Assembly: GCA_963823665.1 (NCBI GenBank)
Contig: CAWGMQ010000008.1
Coordinates: 352,001-416,000 of the forward strand
DNA: 64,000 nucleotides
From: an uncultured Planctomycetota bacterium
GTDB taxonomy: Bacteria; Planctomycetota; Planctomycetia; Isosphaerales; Isosphaeraceae
Reading direction: 5' to 3'
Part shown: piece after piece, positions 51,777 through 63,876 of the stretch
Layout of the letters: each line of letters opens with the position of its first letter
How positions within the stretch are numbered: the stretch's first letter is position 1
Translations under genes and position numbers: made by a program
The notes under the pieces: generated by a model
Database searches by the model: none
What the model was told of the DNA's origin: nothing
The model's input: the letters and a program-made list of their open reading frames with translations, nothing else

Positions 51777-53053
51777 CTACCGACTGGCGCGGCTGGTTGC
51801 CATTGGCTGCCGGTCAGAAGATCGCGAAGGTCTCGGAGCTAGCGACGCCTCGACGAGATCCAGGATCCGTTCGACCATTCCGTGGCAGGTGTTGGCCAGC
51901 GCATATGCGTGCCGCAGGCCGGCGCGGCCGTCATCCGAGCGACGGGCCAGGATCTCGCGCACCGCCGCGGCGAATTCGTCGTCGCTCGTCGACGACGTGG
52001 AAACGCTCGGCATGCAGACGGCACTCGGGAATGGCCGTGGCGACGATCGGGCGGCCCGAGCCCATCGCGTCCATGATCTTGGTCGGGTTGCACGCTCGGT
52101 TGAACGGATGGTCGATCTGGTAGGGAATCAGGCAGACGTCGAACGCCTGATAATATCGCGCGATCTCCGCCTGCGGGCGCCAGCCCAGTGCGTGGACATT
52201 CGGCCGCGCAAGGAAGCGCGAACACGCCTCCCACCACGGCTCGGACGTCGCGTCGCGGACCCGGCCGACAACCACGATCGAGGCTTCCGGAAAGTCGCGG
52301 CTCAGTTTCCCCAGAAGCTCCCAGTCCACCCGATCCTCGAGGGAGCCGACATAACCGAGATAGGGACGCGAAAGCCTGGCCAGGTCAGCGGGCGGCTGAG
52401 CCGGACGCTCGAGCGGCGCGTCGGCCAGAAACGGCGTCGGGGCGCCATGGGGCACGTGGTGAATTCGCTCGGCGGCTTCCGGGATCGTGGCGATGAGCTC
52501 GTCGCGCGCAGAGCGCGAGACACAGACCGTCACATCGGCGGCGAGAACGGCCGCGCGCTCGAGCTCCCGCACCTCTTCAGCCGACTTCGGGCCAGTAGAG
52601 CGTGTAGTCGTCGATGTTGTAGTAAACCAGGACGTCGGGGCGGAGCATCGCACTCAGGTAGAGATAGTGAGGATAGGTCATCACCAGCCCGCGGCGCCGG
52701 TCCGCCGGCTGTGACTGCCACCAGCGCCGGATCGTGCGGGCCACCGGGCGCATTCCCAGCCGCGGATAGCGCTTCATCCATCCGGAGGGGAGCACAAACT
52801 CGCGTTCCCAGAAGGCGGGGTTGCTGTGGCGCAGCCGGCACTCACTGGACCAGGGGTAAAGCCCGCGCCGCCAACCATTTAGGTAATCGTGGCATTTGAG
52901 CAACAAGACCGAAACGCCTTCGCGGTCGATTTCGCGGAAGAGGTTTTCGGTGTTGAACCAGCCGACGTCGGCCACGGCCAGCGCCAGGCCGCGCCGTCCT
53001 CCGGCATTTGCCGCAGTGAAAGAGCGGCTCTCGCGGGTTGTCGCGCTCGGCAT
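51777..53053 (-). CDS. GT-B glycosyltransferase (indels)
   Basis: VYYNIDDY, ADVTVCVS, GYVGSLEDRVD, FDVCLIPY, PTKIMDAMGSGRPIVAT. Confidence 0.8.
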
Positions 53054-53208
53054 GTTGCTCGTTCCCAGCCGCCGCGCAAGGGGCGATCCGATGGCTGTCT
53101 CGCTAGAGTCCCTGCGGCGATATCCTGTTCCGGCGGACCGATCTATAGCGGAGATCGGCAAGATCGTCAACCGACGATCAGGGGACCCGGCTCCGATGGC
53201 GGTCCTTT

Positions 53209-54226
53209 TCACTGCGAGCTCAAGATGGTCGCGAACGCTTTGATCTTGGCCGGCGGCTCGTCCTTCAAGTCGCTTTCGACCTCGAGTATCGCGTGAAACG
53301 GGCCTGAGAGGTCCGTGGGGGCTTTGAGGGTGATGTTCACCGTGTGCTCGGCCGAGGAACCGGGCTTCTCCTCGGCGGCGGTGAGCGACGGCTGGCTGCC
53401 GGAGAGCGCTTTGATCGCGAATGGAGAGGACGACCGCACGCGGACGATTTTTTGGGCGGATTGCCCGGGTTTGAGCGGTCCGAAGTTGATGATCGAGGGG
53501 GTCACCGAGACGGCGCCTTGCACGTTGGCCACGACCGAGATCGGAATGGTCTGTGGTGGCGTGTCGTTGGTGATGATCGAGATTTCGTCTCTGAAGAAGC
53601 CGTTGGGAAGCCCGGGCTCGAGGGTTGCGGTGAGGTGCCACTGAATCCGCCCGTCGGCGGTTCGCCCGAGCTCCTTGGCGACGGCCTTGACGCTCGAGGA
53701 CTGGGTCTTCATGTCGGCGATCTCCCAGCCCGCGCGGCCACCGGCGTAGTTGAGGGTCAGGGCCGTCGCGGCACCCTTCTGGGACGGGCGAACGACGCCG
53801 AAATCGACAAATCCCGGTGTGAGGGTGATGTCGGCCCGGATGAAGCAGTTCATGTTGAGATCGACGGCGGTCGAGACTGGGCGGTCCAGAAAGAGAGTGA
53901 GGCCCGACGCCTTGGTACCGGTAAAGCGAGTGGTGTCGATCGTGGCCTCGATCGTCGTCTGGGTGCCGGGGGGAATCACTTTCGAGCCGACGCGCACGTC
54001 CGTACACCCGCACTTGGGCTTCCACTCGACGATACGGACTTCCATGTCGGTGCGATTGATCACGGGGAACGTGTAGCGCACCTGCGAGCCCTTGGCGACG
54101 ACGCCGAAGTCGTGGGTGCGCTCGGGAAAGACCTGTGAAATCCAGTCGGGCTGCGCCGCGCGGCACGGGGAACCCGTAGAAGAAGGTGGTTGCAACCAAG
54201 GCAGCCCAGACGACAAACCGCCGCAT
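53209..54226 (-). CDS. DUF1573 domain protein (indel in signal peptide)
   Basis: AAGGAG RBS; HDFGVV, CGCT, IPPG, repeated Ig-like xxFG motifs. Confidence 0.85.
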
Positions 54227-54483
54227 CGAGGTAACTCCTTCCATGACCGACCGTGGCGACCTTAGATGCCTCCGTTTCCGTCGATCATTCCTTTATCAAT
54301 CGGATGATGCAATCCCATTACTGTTCCGTTGGAGAGCTGCACTTCGAGCGGCGGGGGCCGAATGCGCTGATTTTGACGAGCTTACGCCGCGGGCTCGCGC
54401 GACCGGCTTGCCGGTTCGGGGTTGCGGTGCGATACTCAAGACTCGCCCAATTTCGCCCGATTTTTCGACCCGGCGACAGGTGA

Positions 54484-54978
54484 TTGATGTTGAAGCCCGC
54501 GCTCGAGACCCACAATGTCGACGGAATCCTGGTTGCGGAGTTCTGGGATTGTATGCGGCTGGACCCCGCACCGGTCCAGGATCTCCGAGCCGTGTACGAG
54601 AAGCACGTGAAGAGTGGGGGGCGGCCCGAAGTGGCGGTGGACTTGAGCGGAGTCGGCTTCGCCGGCTCGGCTGCTCTGGGCAATTTTGTGGCCCTGCATC
54701 GAGCCGCGCGGGGGCGCGGCGGCCGGCTGGTGCTTTGCAACGTTGACCCGACGGTGAGAGAAGTGCTGCGCGCGAGCAAGCTCGATGTGTTCTTCGAGTT
54801 TGCCGGTGACCGCGCCGACGCTCTCCGCGTCATCAAGGAAACGACTCCGGGCCCGGCCTCCGACGGCGATCCGAGCGCGGCGACAGGAGCCGCTGCCCCG
54901 CGCGAAAGGCCTGCTCTTGCGCCACGGACCGGGCCGGCGCCATTGCGTCGACGATCGCGAGGCCCTGAATCCACGTGA
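54484..54978 (+). CDS. STAS domain anti-sigma factor antagonist
   Basis: VDLSGVGFAGSAALG..GGRLVLCNV. Confidence 0.85.
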   Translation: MMLKPALETHNVDGILVAEFWDCMRLDPAPVQDLRAVYEKHVKSGGRPEVAVDLSGVGFAGSAALGNFVALHRAARGRGGRLVLCNVDPTVREVLRASKLDVFFEFAGDRADALRVIKETTPGPASDGDPSAATGAAAPRERPALAPRTGPAPLRRRSRGPEST

Positions 54979-55159
54979 CGGGAGCGAAGTTTGGGGCGCG
55001 CACGAGCAAGCACCGGGGCCGCTGCCGAGAAAAGAGGTGTCCGAAGGCGTCACACTCTCGTTGTTCCTAGTCGAATTCTCTACAATTTAAGCGCCTGAGC
55101 CGGACCGACGTAAGAAGCTGGGTGCAAATGGATTGATTGCAACTCATATCGGGGTGTCG

Positions 55160-55522
55160 ATGATGTCCGCTACAACCAGGATTCAGATCAACGATTCCGA
55201 GGGGATCAAGGTTGTCCGTTTTCAAGATCATCAGCTTTTCGACGAGCGAACGGTCCGCGAGATCGCCGATCAGATCGCCGAAGCGCTTCCGAACGACGGC
55301 AGCCCGATCCGGCTGGTGGTTGACTTCTCGGACGTGAGCTTGATCTCGAGCACGTTCCTCTCCAAGCTCATCCTGCTCCAGCGCCGCATCGACGCGACTC
55401 GCGGTAAGCTTCGCCTGTGCGAAATGACGCCGATCATCCAGCAGGTATTCCGCACCTCGAACCTTGACCGTCTGTTCAAAATCGACCGCGATCAGAGGAC
55501 CGCGATCGAATCGTTTCATTGA
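55160..55522 (+). CDS. STAS domain anti-sigma factor antagonist
   Basis: VVDFSDVSLISSTFL..GKLRLC..VF...LDRLF. Confidence 0.88.
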   Translation: MMSATTRIQINDSEGIKVVRFQDHQLFDERTVREIADQIAEALPNDGSPIRLVVDFSDVSLISSTFLSKLILLQRRIDATRGKLRLCEMTPIIQQVFRTSNLDRLFKIDRDQRTAIESFH

Positions 55523-55531
55523 GGTGAATCA

Positions 55532-56932
55532 TTGAAGTTTCTCGGGCAAGCCAAGAAGTTCTTCAACGTGCTCGCGACCGAGCCCGAGACGAAGGCGGAG
55601 CATTTCAACGTCAGGTGCGTTGCGGGCCACCGCGTTCGCGGCGAACGGACGGAGGGCTATCAGGCCTTGCGCTGCCCGGCTTGCGGCGAGGGGGTGTTCG
55701 TCCTGCCTCGAAGCCCCCTGCCCATGCCGACGGCACCGAAGCGCTCGGAGATGCCGAGATCCCGGCAGATGATGGGCGAACGGCTGGTCGACGAGGGACC
55801 GGTCGAGCTGTCTGATCCGGCGAGCGTTTCGGTTGATCTGGGTGGCGACGACCACGGTGCCGTGGATGCCGATATCATCTGGGATGACGCGCTGCCTGAG
55901 GCCGCTCCGCCGGTGGCGCCCAAGAAGCTCGTGCGATCGCTGGACGAGTCAGTCGATCTGGGCGTAGCCGGGCCACCGGCTGCCGCGGGGGCAACCCCGA
56001 AAGCCAGGTCGACGCCAGGCGGCGGGGCGTCACGGGGACAACGTGCCAGAGAGCGGACGCATCCGCGTGCGGCGGGCGGGCGAGAGACGCGAACCGCGCC
56101 GGGAGACGATCGACTATCGCGGCCACGACCTGAGACGGCCGTGGCCGCTGCGCCGGGCCAAGCCGAGCAGGTGCACGAGATCAAGCCCCTTTCCCGGAAG
56201 CGGTTGCTGAACCGCGTGCTGATCGTGCTCGTGCCGGTTCTGGTGCTCGCAACGGTCGCGTGGACGTACCGGCAAAACGTCCGGCAGGGGTTACCGCTCG
56301 TGGCCGAGAAAGGCCGCACCGAGGGAATCGCGGCGCTTGAAGCGGGCGAGTTCGACAAAGCCAACGAGCTACTTTCCAAGGCCAAAGCGGCCGTTGATGA
56401 CCTGGGAGGGGCCGTTCAAGACGCCGACAAGATCCGTCAAGCCGCCGACGAGACCGCGATTTTCCTGAAGCTGATCTCCGAAGACCTGGGCAAGTTGCTG
56501 GGCGATCTAAGCAGCATGAGCCCGTCAGAGCGAGCAAACACGTTCGACACACTCTACAAGGGGCGGTCGATCATTCTCGACACCACCATTACTGCCGCGC
56601 CCGACGGAACGGCTGCGTCGAAGTACGAGCTGGCGTTTCGCATTCTGCCGTGGGGTGAATCCAACAAGCGCGACGGCAGCCCGGACCGGAGTGGCGTGTT
56701 TGATCTGACAGGCTTTCAGTTATTCGAGCAGGTGCCACGTAAAGTGGGCGACCAGGTGATCTTCGGCGCCCGGCTCCAGTCGCTGGAGTTCGACGCAGAT
56801 ATGAATTTATATCTCGTTCGGTTCATGCCGAAGTCCGGTGTCTATATCACGCATACCAAGGCGCTTGAGTCGCTGCACTGGGGAGCCGAGCCGATCGCAA
56901 TTCGTGAGGAGCCGGAGGAGGGGCGTCCATGA
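55532..56932 (+). CDS. Hypothetical bitopic membrane protein with N-terminal zinc ribbon
   Basis: CVAGH..CPACG, low-complexity linker, one TM. Confidence 0.7.
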   Translation: MKFLGQAKKFFNVLATEPETKAEHFNVRCVAGHRVRGERTEGYQALRCPACGEGVFVLPRSPLPMPTAPKRSEMPRSRQMMGERLVDEGPVELSDPASVSVDLGGDDHGAVDADIIWDDALPEAAPPVAPKKLVRSLDESVDLGVAGPPAAAGATPKARSTPGGGASRGQRARERTHPRAAGGRETRTAPGDDRLSRPRPETAVAAAPGQAEQVHEIKPLSRKRLLNRVLIVLVPVLVLATVAWTYRQNVRQGLPLVAEKGRTEGIAALEAGEFDKANELLSKAKAAVDDLGGAVQDADKIRQAADETAIFLKLISEDLGKLLGDLSSMSPSERANTFDTLYKGRSIILDTTITAAPDGTAASKYELAFRILPWGESNKRDGSPDRSGVFDLTGFQLFEQVPRKVGDQVIFGARLQSLEFDADMNLYLVRFMPKSGVYITHTKALESLHWGAEPIAIREEPEEGRP

Positions 56933-58508
56933 GCCATCGCTTCTGGGGGTCAGGCTGCGCTTGCGTTGTGTTCGCGGTGAGCGCGGCTTTCGGCGCCCTT
57001 CAGGACGAGGAAACCGCGGTCGAACCAGGCGAGCTGGCGCGGCGAGATGAACTGATCGGCAAAAAGGTGGTTGTGGACGACCACGTGAGGTTTTTCGTCA
57101 AGCGGCCCGGCAAGGAGCCGGACGAACTGCAATTGCGCCGCACGAATGTCACTTTCCTGGTTCCGGGGAAGCTTCCATGGAAGAGCAAGCCGGCCGCGGC
57201 GCTCGTGCATGGCGTGCTCCGGCGCGATGGGGGGCGTCTGGTCTGCGACGTGACCGAAGTGAAAGCGATGGCAGGCGATCTCGACCGGCTGGAGAATGGA
57301 GTGAAGGGCTTGAGCGCACGCGATGCCCAGACGCGTCAAGCGTGGGCGCGGTGGGCCTCGAAACGTGCGCGGGAATTCAAGGACGAGGCCTTGCTCAAAC
57401 GGGCGCGTGAAGTGGAAGCCGAAGCGTTCCGGATCGAGACGGCGATGAAACGGCTGGGGGTGGACGCTCCGTCGGAATGGCTGGCGATGGCGAAAGACGC
57501 GCGGCGGCGACGAGTGCCTGAGCCCGAGCCGGCGGCACTGGCGCACCGTGCGCTGCGGGCGAAGCTCAAGGCGGCGACGGAGGTTGCCGAGGCTCGAGGA
57601 GACCGTACAAGAGATCGAGAAATTCTTTCCGGCGGCCGCGAACGAGCCGGGGCGGCCCGAGCGAACGTGGCGCGGTGGGACGAGCTGTACGCGAAGGACC
57701 CGGCCGGGGCGTATCGCGACGCGCCCGAGAACGCGCGAAAGGCCTTCGATCGCCGGTTGTGGGCGGACGCCAACGAACGGCTGATCGACACCCAGACGAC
57801 GGGCGATCTTGGTGCGGCACTGGCCCGTGCGGAGCGTGCCACAACGCTGCTACCGGAAAAGAAGGAGCTCGCGAGTCGATTGATCGAGAAGGCCGTCGGC
57901 CTGGCCAGAAAGAACCTGGCCATGCTGCGCCAGCCCGAGTTGAAAGAGCTGGCCGAGGTGATGCGAAGCAAACTCAATCGGCCGGACGAGGCCGTAGCGG
58001 TGACGCGTGAATGGCTGGAATTCCGAAAGAATCGATTGAGCGACACGGACGCACTCGCGACGCTCTCCCTGGCCATGCATTATGAGGAAATGCTTGGAGA
58101 CACGGTCACAGCCGTGGAGTTACTGCGTAGAGCCTGGCGAATCGACCCGAATTCGAAGGAGATAGCGGAGGCCTTCCGAAGTCGTGGATATCGGAAGGTC
58201 GAGAACGAATGGGTCGAGTCGGCGCCGGCGGTGACGGCGCTGGAAAAGAAGGCAGACCGGAGCTTGGCCGATCGAAAGGGCTGCTGGGCATGACGCCTGA
58301 GGAGGTACGGCAGCGAATGGGTGGCAAACCGAACCGGGTGTGCTACCTGGGCTCGCAGGGACAGTCGATCGAGCAGTGGATCTATCTTGACACGCAGGGG
58401 GTGCGTTATGTAAACCTTCTGCACAGTCCTGGCGAATCGAAACCGAGAGTCGTGGCTTTTTACACCCTTCCGCTCAAGGTGAAGGGAGGCCTCGGCCAAT
58501 CACGATGA
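56929..58508 (+). CDS. Hypothetical secreted helical protein (indels ~57590-57650, ~58270)
   Basis: ATGA overlap with the upstream gene; C-terminal GMTPEEV..GGKP..EQWIY in shifted ORF 58209-58508. Confidence 0.6.
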
Positions 58509-59027
58509 TCCGCAACTCGCTCTTCCGCCTCGCCTCCAGGGCCTATTCGAGCGAATGCGGGCTCGAAGCCCTGACTGCCCGCCAACGGCCTCACCCCGCC
58601 ACCATCGATCTTGCGATCGTCGCGGCTCGAACCAGGCCAATCCTGACGGGAATGGACGCGCCGTCTCCTGGAATCCCTACTGACCGAGCACCGAGACGTT
58701 TTTTTTCCAAATTCCGGCAACCCGTTTGCCAAACGGAACGTAATATTCCTGTTGAGCGGAGGAAAACGGGCTCCGCCACTTGTCGATGGCGCATAATGTG
58801 CTAGACCCCTTGTGTAGGAGCGATGTGTTTTCGCTCCGGGCCCAGCGCGTCGCGACGAGCAGCCGAAGACGGGATTGATCTCTTCACCCAGTCCGAGCCA
58901 TCATCAATTTGAATTGAACCATCATTCGATTCCATTTGTCGACTGGGACACGGTCAGACCGGAATTGGCGGCCCGACACCGACGAACACAAACATTACAC
59001 GCGAAGTTCGACACCAGGAGGTGTTTT

Positions 59028-59512
59028 ATGGCCCGCAAAGACGCCTTACTAAGATTGACGCAGCGATTAATGGCACGACGCGATGCGCTGCGGAAGGCCC
59101 TGAACGGCGATCTCGACAGTTTTCGTAAGTTTTCGGAGCTGAACGCGGTTGGCGATAATGTCGATGCGGCGGTTGATTGTGCGAATGACGAGATTTGCTC
59201 GCAGCTCGTCGAAATCGAGAGCCGGGAGCTGGGCCAGATCGAGCACGCGCTGGCAGCGTATTGCCGGCGGGGTTTACGGCCGTTGCGAATACTGTGGTGG
59301 CAAGATCGCCGAACCGCGGTTGAACGCGTTGCCTTACACGAATAGCTGCATCGATTGTCAGCGCGAGAACGAGCGATCGGGGCAGTCGCGTGTCGCTCGA
59401 ACCCGAATCGAAGCGGTGGGCAAAGGTTTACGATAAACCTGAAGACGCCGAAGGCGATTCGAAGATCAACCTGAGTGACTTCGAAATGGACTTCAGCGAG
59501 ACCGGCCGCTGA
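59028..59512 (+). CDS. TraR/DksA C4-type zinc-finger protein (indels)
   Basis: AGGAGG RBS; GDNVDAA, ELGQIEHAL, YGRCEYCG..RLNALPY..CIDCQ. Confidence 0.85.
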
Positions 59513-59565
59513 GAGGTCTTCGCGTCGGGGGTTTTCCGCTCGATGCGACTTTTTCTTTGCCGACG

Positions 59566-59599
59566 AGCCGCCGGATCCATTCCGGCGGCTGTTTTGTTT
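59566..59599 (+). terminator. Probable intrinsic terminator
   Basis: agccgccgga-tccat-tccggcggct followed by gttttgttt. Confidence 0.65.
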
Positions 59600-59889
59600 G
59601 GTGTTCTGAGTGGGCGTCATTCCCGACCCGGATGACGAACGCGGGGAGCGTGGATGAACTCGCCGCTGCTTTGAAAGATTGTCGGTCGGCTGTCACCCCT
59701 TTTTTCAAATGCGTGCGTGCAGGATAATGCTGTCGACGATGGAGACCGCGCGAAGAGGATCGATCTTTGACATGGTCGCGCACAAGGCAGTATATTAGGG
59801 TGAAACTGCACGTGAGAGAAAGATGGATCTTGAATGTGTAGCCGTTGCTCCCCGCGCCTCCTTCCCGCCGCGGGAGTGGAGAACGATTG

Positions 59890-61455
59890 ATGCTATCGCG
59901 ATCTTCCGCGGTCATTGTCTCGGTGACATCGCTGATCATGGGAATCGTGCTGGGGATCTTCCTGGCCCGAGGCGGGCCCGTGGTTTCCGCGCAGGTGGCC
60001 GGAGCGGAGCAGCGGAGACGATGGCATCGCCCCGAAGGGGCGGGCCGTTCAGCAGCAAGCAGACGACGCGATTTATGACGACACTGGCGAAGCAGTACGA
60101 CCAGTTCGAGCAGGTCAATCGCACGTTCGAGCTGGTGGCGAAGGCAGTCTCGCCGGCAGTGGTGCACATCGTTGCCGAGAAGGTGTCTCGACCTGAGTTT
60201 GAAGACTCTCGGCGCACGCGGCGTTTCGAAGAAACGGGCTCGGGCGTGATCATCCGCAGCATCCGGGGCCCGGGGCTTTACGTACTGACGAATCATCACG
60301 TTGTCGACGGTGCCAAGATTTCGAGCATCCGGGTGTTCCTGCACGACGGGCGCTCGATCTTTCCGGTGAAGGTCTGGAATGACGCTCAGGCCGACGTCGC
60401 GGTGCTGCAACTTGACCGAGACGACCTGCCCGCCGCGCGGCTGGGGAACAGCGATGAGACCCGGGTTGGCACGTGGGTGATGGCGCTGGGCAGTCCGTTC
60501 GGCTTGATGCACTCGGTCAGCCAGGGGATCATCAGCGCTCGCGGGCGCCAGATGGACGAGCTTCCCGACGTCATCAACCAGGACTTTCTGCAGACCGACG
60601 CCGCGATCAACCCCGGCAACTCGGGCGGGCCGCTCGTGAATATGAAGGGCGAGGTGATCGGCATCAACAACTCGATCGCATCGAACGGCGGAGGGAACGA
60701 GGGGGTCGGTTTCAGCATCCCGATCAATCTGGCCCGATGGATCATGGACGAGCTGATCGCTCACGGGTATGTCACGCGGGGCGCCCTCGGTGTCGATCTG
60801 CAACTCGCCGTTCCTCGAGAAGGACGCGATCGCCCTGGGCATGGACAAGCCAAGAGGGGCGTGGATCGGCCGGGTTCACGTGTCCTCGCCGGCTGCGAAG
60901 GCCGGCATTCGCGACGGCGATGTCGTGCTGCGATTCGCCGGGGTTGACATCATCGATCTGAACCACCTGATCAATCTGGTCTCGATGACGGCGGTGGGTC
61001 AAACCGCCGACGTCGTTGTCTGGCGAGACCGGCGCGAGCACAAACTGACGGTGACTGTCGGCGAACGGGACCGGACGCTGAATCAAACGTCCGCCGCCCC
61101 CGTGGCTGGGCGTGATCAGCAGTCCGGGCTGCTCAAGCGGCCGAATCGGCCCGACGCGCTCTCAAGCTACGTCCTGGGGCTGGAGCTGGCGACACTCAAT
61201 CCTGAGCTGGCGAAGCGCATCGAGTTCCCGGAGACGTGGCGTGGTGCGCTGGTCCTTTCCGTCGACAGCCAGAGCCCGCTGGCACGGCTGGTAAAGCGGG
61301 GGGACGTGATCTCGGCGATCGACGACGAAGTGATCCAGACGGCCGAGCAGACGGTGAAGATCTTGAACGGCCGAGCGGACCACCGCCAGCTCGTCATGGG
61401 GCTCGACCGCATGAACCAAGGCAAGATGGAACGACACACCGTCCGGGTGCCTTGA
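59890..61455 (+). CDS. HtrA/DegP-like trypsin protease with PDZ domains (indels)
   Basis: GSGV, LTNHHVV, DVAV, QTDAAINPGNSGGPL, PDZ SPAAKAGI. Confidence 0.92.
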
Positions 61456-62492
61456 TGAGCGTCCTCACTCGAGCGCTCGAGCGGTTGAGGGCGACAATGG
61501 CGCTCTCCGCGGATGAAACGCAGGGCGCAGTCGGGGCCCTGCTCGACGGCGAAGGCGACGACCCACTTGCGAGTGGATTTCTCACAGCCTGGCGCGAGAA
61601 GGGTGTAACGGCGAACGAGCTTGAAGGGACCATTCGCGCGGTGCGAGAGCGGATGAGGGCGTGGGACGGCGGAATCGCGAGCGACCGCCTGCTCGACACA
61701 TGCGGAACCGGCGGAGACGGTGCGGGAACGATCAACATCTCCACGGCGGCGGCCATCGTCGCCGCTGCGTGCAAGGTTCCAGTCGTGAAGCATGGAAACC
61801 GCGCGGCAACGGGCCGCGCCGGCAGCGCGGACGTACTGGCGGCCCTGGGTGTCGCGTTCGATCCGGAGCCTCTCGTATCCAGACACTGCCTGGCCGAGGC
61901 CTCACTGGCCTTCTTGTTTGCGCCCAGGTACCACCCCGGGCTGGCGCGGCTTGCAGCGGTGAGGCGCAGTCTGCCGTTTCGCACCGTATTTAACATGATC
62001 GGGCCGTTGTGCAATCCTGCGAGCCCCGGGCACCAGCTTATTGGCGTGCCGGACCACGGCAGCGCCGATCTTCTGGCCGAGGCTCTCTCACGGCAATCCC
62101 ACATCCGGCGCGCGATCGTCGCATCGGGCAGCGACGGTCTGGACGAGATCACGCTCGACGGACCGACCCTGGTCCGACTGGTCGAGCCGGGGCGGGTCGA
62201 GCACTCGCGCTGGGTCCCGGAGGATTTCGGGCTTTCGGCGCAGGGAATAAGCTCACTCATCGTGCGCGATGCAGCCGAGAGCGCGGAGAAGCTGACGCGA
62301 ATTCTCGACGGAGAGCGCGGCGCTCTGCGCGACTACGTGATCGCCAACACGGCGGCGGCCCTCTTGACGGCTCTGGGCTGCACGCTGCGCGAGGGGGCGG
62401 AGCTCGCCGCCGCTGCGATCGACTCCGGATCTGCGCTCGGCGTGCCGGAGCGCTACCGAGAGATTGCGCCCGGGATCCAGAGATCTTCGTAG
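61455..62492 (+). CDS. trpD: Anthranilate phosphoribosyltransferase
   Basis: DTCGTGGDG, NIST, KHGNR, GSAD, RTVFN, DGLDE. Confidence 0.95.
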   Translation: MSVLTRALERLRATMALSADETQGAVGALLDGEGDDPLASGFLTAWREKGVTANELEGTIRAVRERMRAWDGGIASDRLLDTCGTGGDGAGTINISTAAAIVAAACKVPVVKHGNRAATGRAGSADVLAALGVAFDPEPLVSRHCLAEASLAFLFAPRYHPGLARLAAVRRSLPFRTVFNMIGPLCNPASPGHQLIGVPDHGSADLLAEALSRQSHIRRAIVASGSDGLDEITLDGPTLVRLVEPGRVEHSRWVPEDFGLSAQGISSLIVRDAAESAEKLTRILDGERGALRDYVIANTAAALLTALGCTLREGAELAAAAIDSGSALGVPERYREIAPGIQRSS

Positions 62493-62950
62493 ACAGAATA
62501 CCCGCCGGGCTTCATCCCGAGAGCCTGGTAGGTCAGTTGAGCGCGGCGATTGGCGTCTTCGACGTAGAGGCGCAGGCCGATGACTTCGGGCTGCGAGCGC
62601 GCGACAGCGTGGATGTGGCGATAGAGGGAGCGGAAGATTCCGTGGCGACGAAACGGCTGGGCGACGTAGACGCTCTGGAGCCACCAGATCCAGCCGTTGC
62701 GCCAGTCGCTCCACTCCCTGGTGATTGCAGCCTGGCCAGCGGCGACAGGGGAGTCGGCGGTGGTGGCGACCCAGTAGCGAATGCGATCGGGATCGGCGAT
62801 CGCCTTTGATACGCCACGAGCAAGGACTTCGGGGTCGAGCGCTTTGGATTCGGTTTCAAGGGCGAGGAGGCGATTGAACTCGACGATCGCGGGGAGATCG
62901 CCGGGCAGGGCCTCGCGGATGGAGAGCGAAAGAGCTGGATCATCGCTCAC
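62453..62950 (-). CDS. GNAT family N-acetyltransferase
   Basis: GTG 62950; EWSDWRNG.IWWLQSVYV..RRHGIF..LRLYV..N..AQ.TY..LGM. Confidence 0.9.
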   Translation of the reverse strand: MSDDPALSLSIREALPGDLPAIVEFNRLLALETESKALDPEVLARGVSKAIADPDRIRYWVATTADSPVAAGQAAITREWSDWRNGWIWWLQSVYVAQPFRRHGIFRSLYRHIHAVARSQPEVIGLRLYVEDANRRAQLTYQALGMKPGGYSVYEDLWIPGAISR

Positions 62951-63876
62951 GGCCGGTCGCTCCGCTTGATTCGCGCGCGGCGGCTGGCTTCCTGAAGCAC
63001 CCTGAGCTCTTCCTCGGTCAGGCCGGCGCGGCCTTCGCGGGCGATCTTGGCTAGCACTTCGTCCAGGCGTGCGTCGAGTTGTTCCTCGGGAAGCACGGAG
63101 ACGGACGGGGCCCGTGGGGAGCCACCGACGCTGGCCGCGGAGCGAGACGGGCTCGACGAGCGAGACCGGCTGGGCTCGCGCGGGACCGGCGTAAAAATGC
63201 GCAACCGCGGCCGGGAGAGCCGCCCGGAAACAAGACGCGACCACCGAAGGTCGAACTGTTTGAAGAGGAATCCGAAACCGGCACCGGCCAGGTGAGCCTC
63301 GATTGCCACGTTCGTGCTGCCGCCGCTCAAGAGGTTCAACAGGGGAAGGACGAGGAAGATCGTCAGCACCATCCACATCTGCATCGGGATCATGAACATG
63401 AAGAGGATTTCGCGCCTGGGGTGGTACAAGGTGAAGAGAGTGACGACTGCGGTGACGGCCCCCGAGGCACCGATCATCGGCAAAGGCTGATGTGAGAGGA
63501 CCGCGAAGAGGAGCCAGATCGCGCTCGAGAAGATTCCCGCGCCGAGATAGAAGGCCAGAAAGTCGCGGCTGCCGTAGAGGGGCTCCATGTCCCGCGCCAC
63601 CATCCAGAAGAACCACATGTTCATGATCAGATGCCAGATATTGGCATGGAAGAACGTGGCGGTCAGTAGCTGCCAGAACTTGTAGTGGTGGAAGGTCTCC
63701 TGGACCGACACCGCGAAATGCAAGTTGATAAAATCGTGGTCGAGCTTGGCGAGATTCTGAAACAGGAATACGGCGACGTTGATCCCGACGAGCCAATTGC
63801 AGACCGGGGATACTCCGCTGAACCAGGCGGAGCCTTGCGTTTCGCCACGGTAGTATTCGCGGTCGTAGATGCCCAT
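62947..63876 (-). CDS. Rhomboid family intramembrane serine protease with C-terminal DUF6576-like tail
   Basis: WQLLT..FH, HLIMNM, GASGA, AHLAG, LDEVLAKI..G..LT.EE. Confidence 0.92.
   Translation of the reverse strand: MGIYDREYYRGETQGSAWFSGVSPVCNWLVGINVAVFLFQNLAKLDHDFINLHFAVSVQETFHHYKFWQLLTATFFHANIWHLIMNMWFFWMVARDMEPLYGSRDFLAFYLGAGIFSSAIWLLFAVLSHQPLPMIGASGAVTAVVTLFTLYHPRREILFMFMIPMQMWMVLTIFLVLPLLNLLSGGSTNVAIEAHLAGAGFGFLFKQFDLRWSRLVSGRLSRPRLRIFTPVPREPSRSRSSSPSRSAASVGGSPRAPSVSVLPEEQLDARLDEVLAKIAREGRAGLTEEELRVLQEASRRARIKRSDRP

Noticed and set aside
58509..59027. Long intergenic region upstream of the DksA-like gene as an ncRNA or riboswitch
   Set aside because: No recognisable family motif or convincing structure by eye; an Rfam scan would be needed.
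571..61455. Many frameshifted genes, read as mass pseudogenisation or programmed frameshifting
   Set aside because: Single-base indels hit unrelated backbone genes (HtrA-like, DksA-like, phosphate acyltransferase, MFS), often in short homopolymers, while the protein sequence stays intact on both sides. Best explained by long-read error; needs polishing to confirm.
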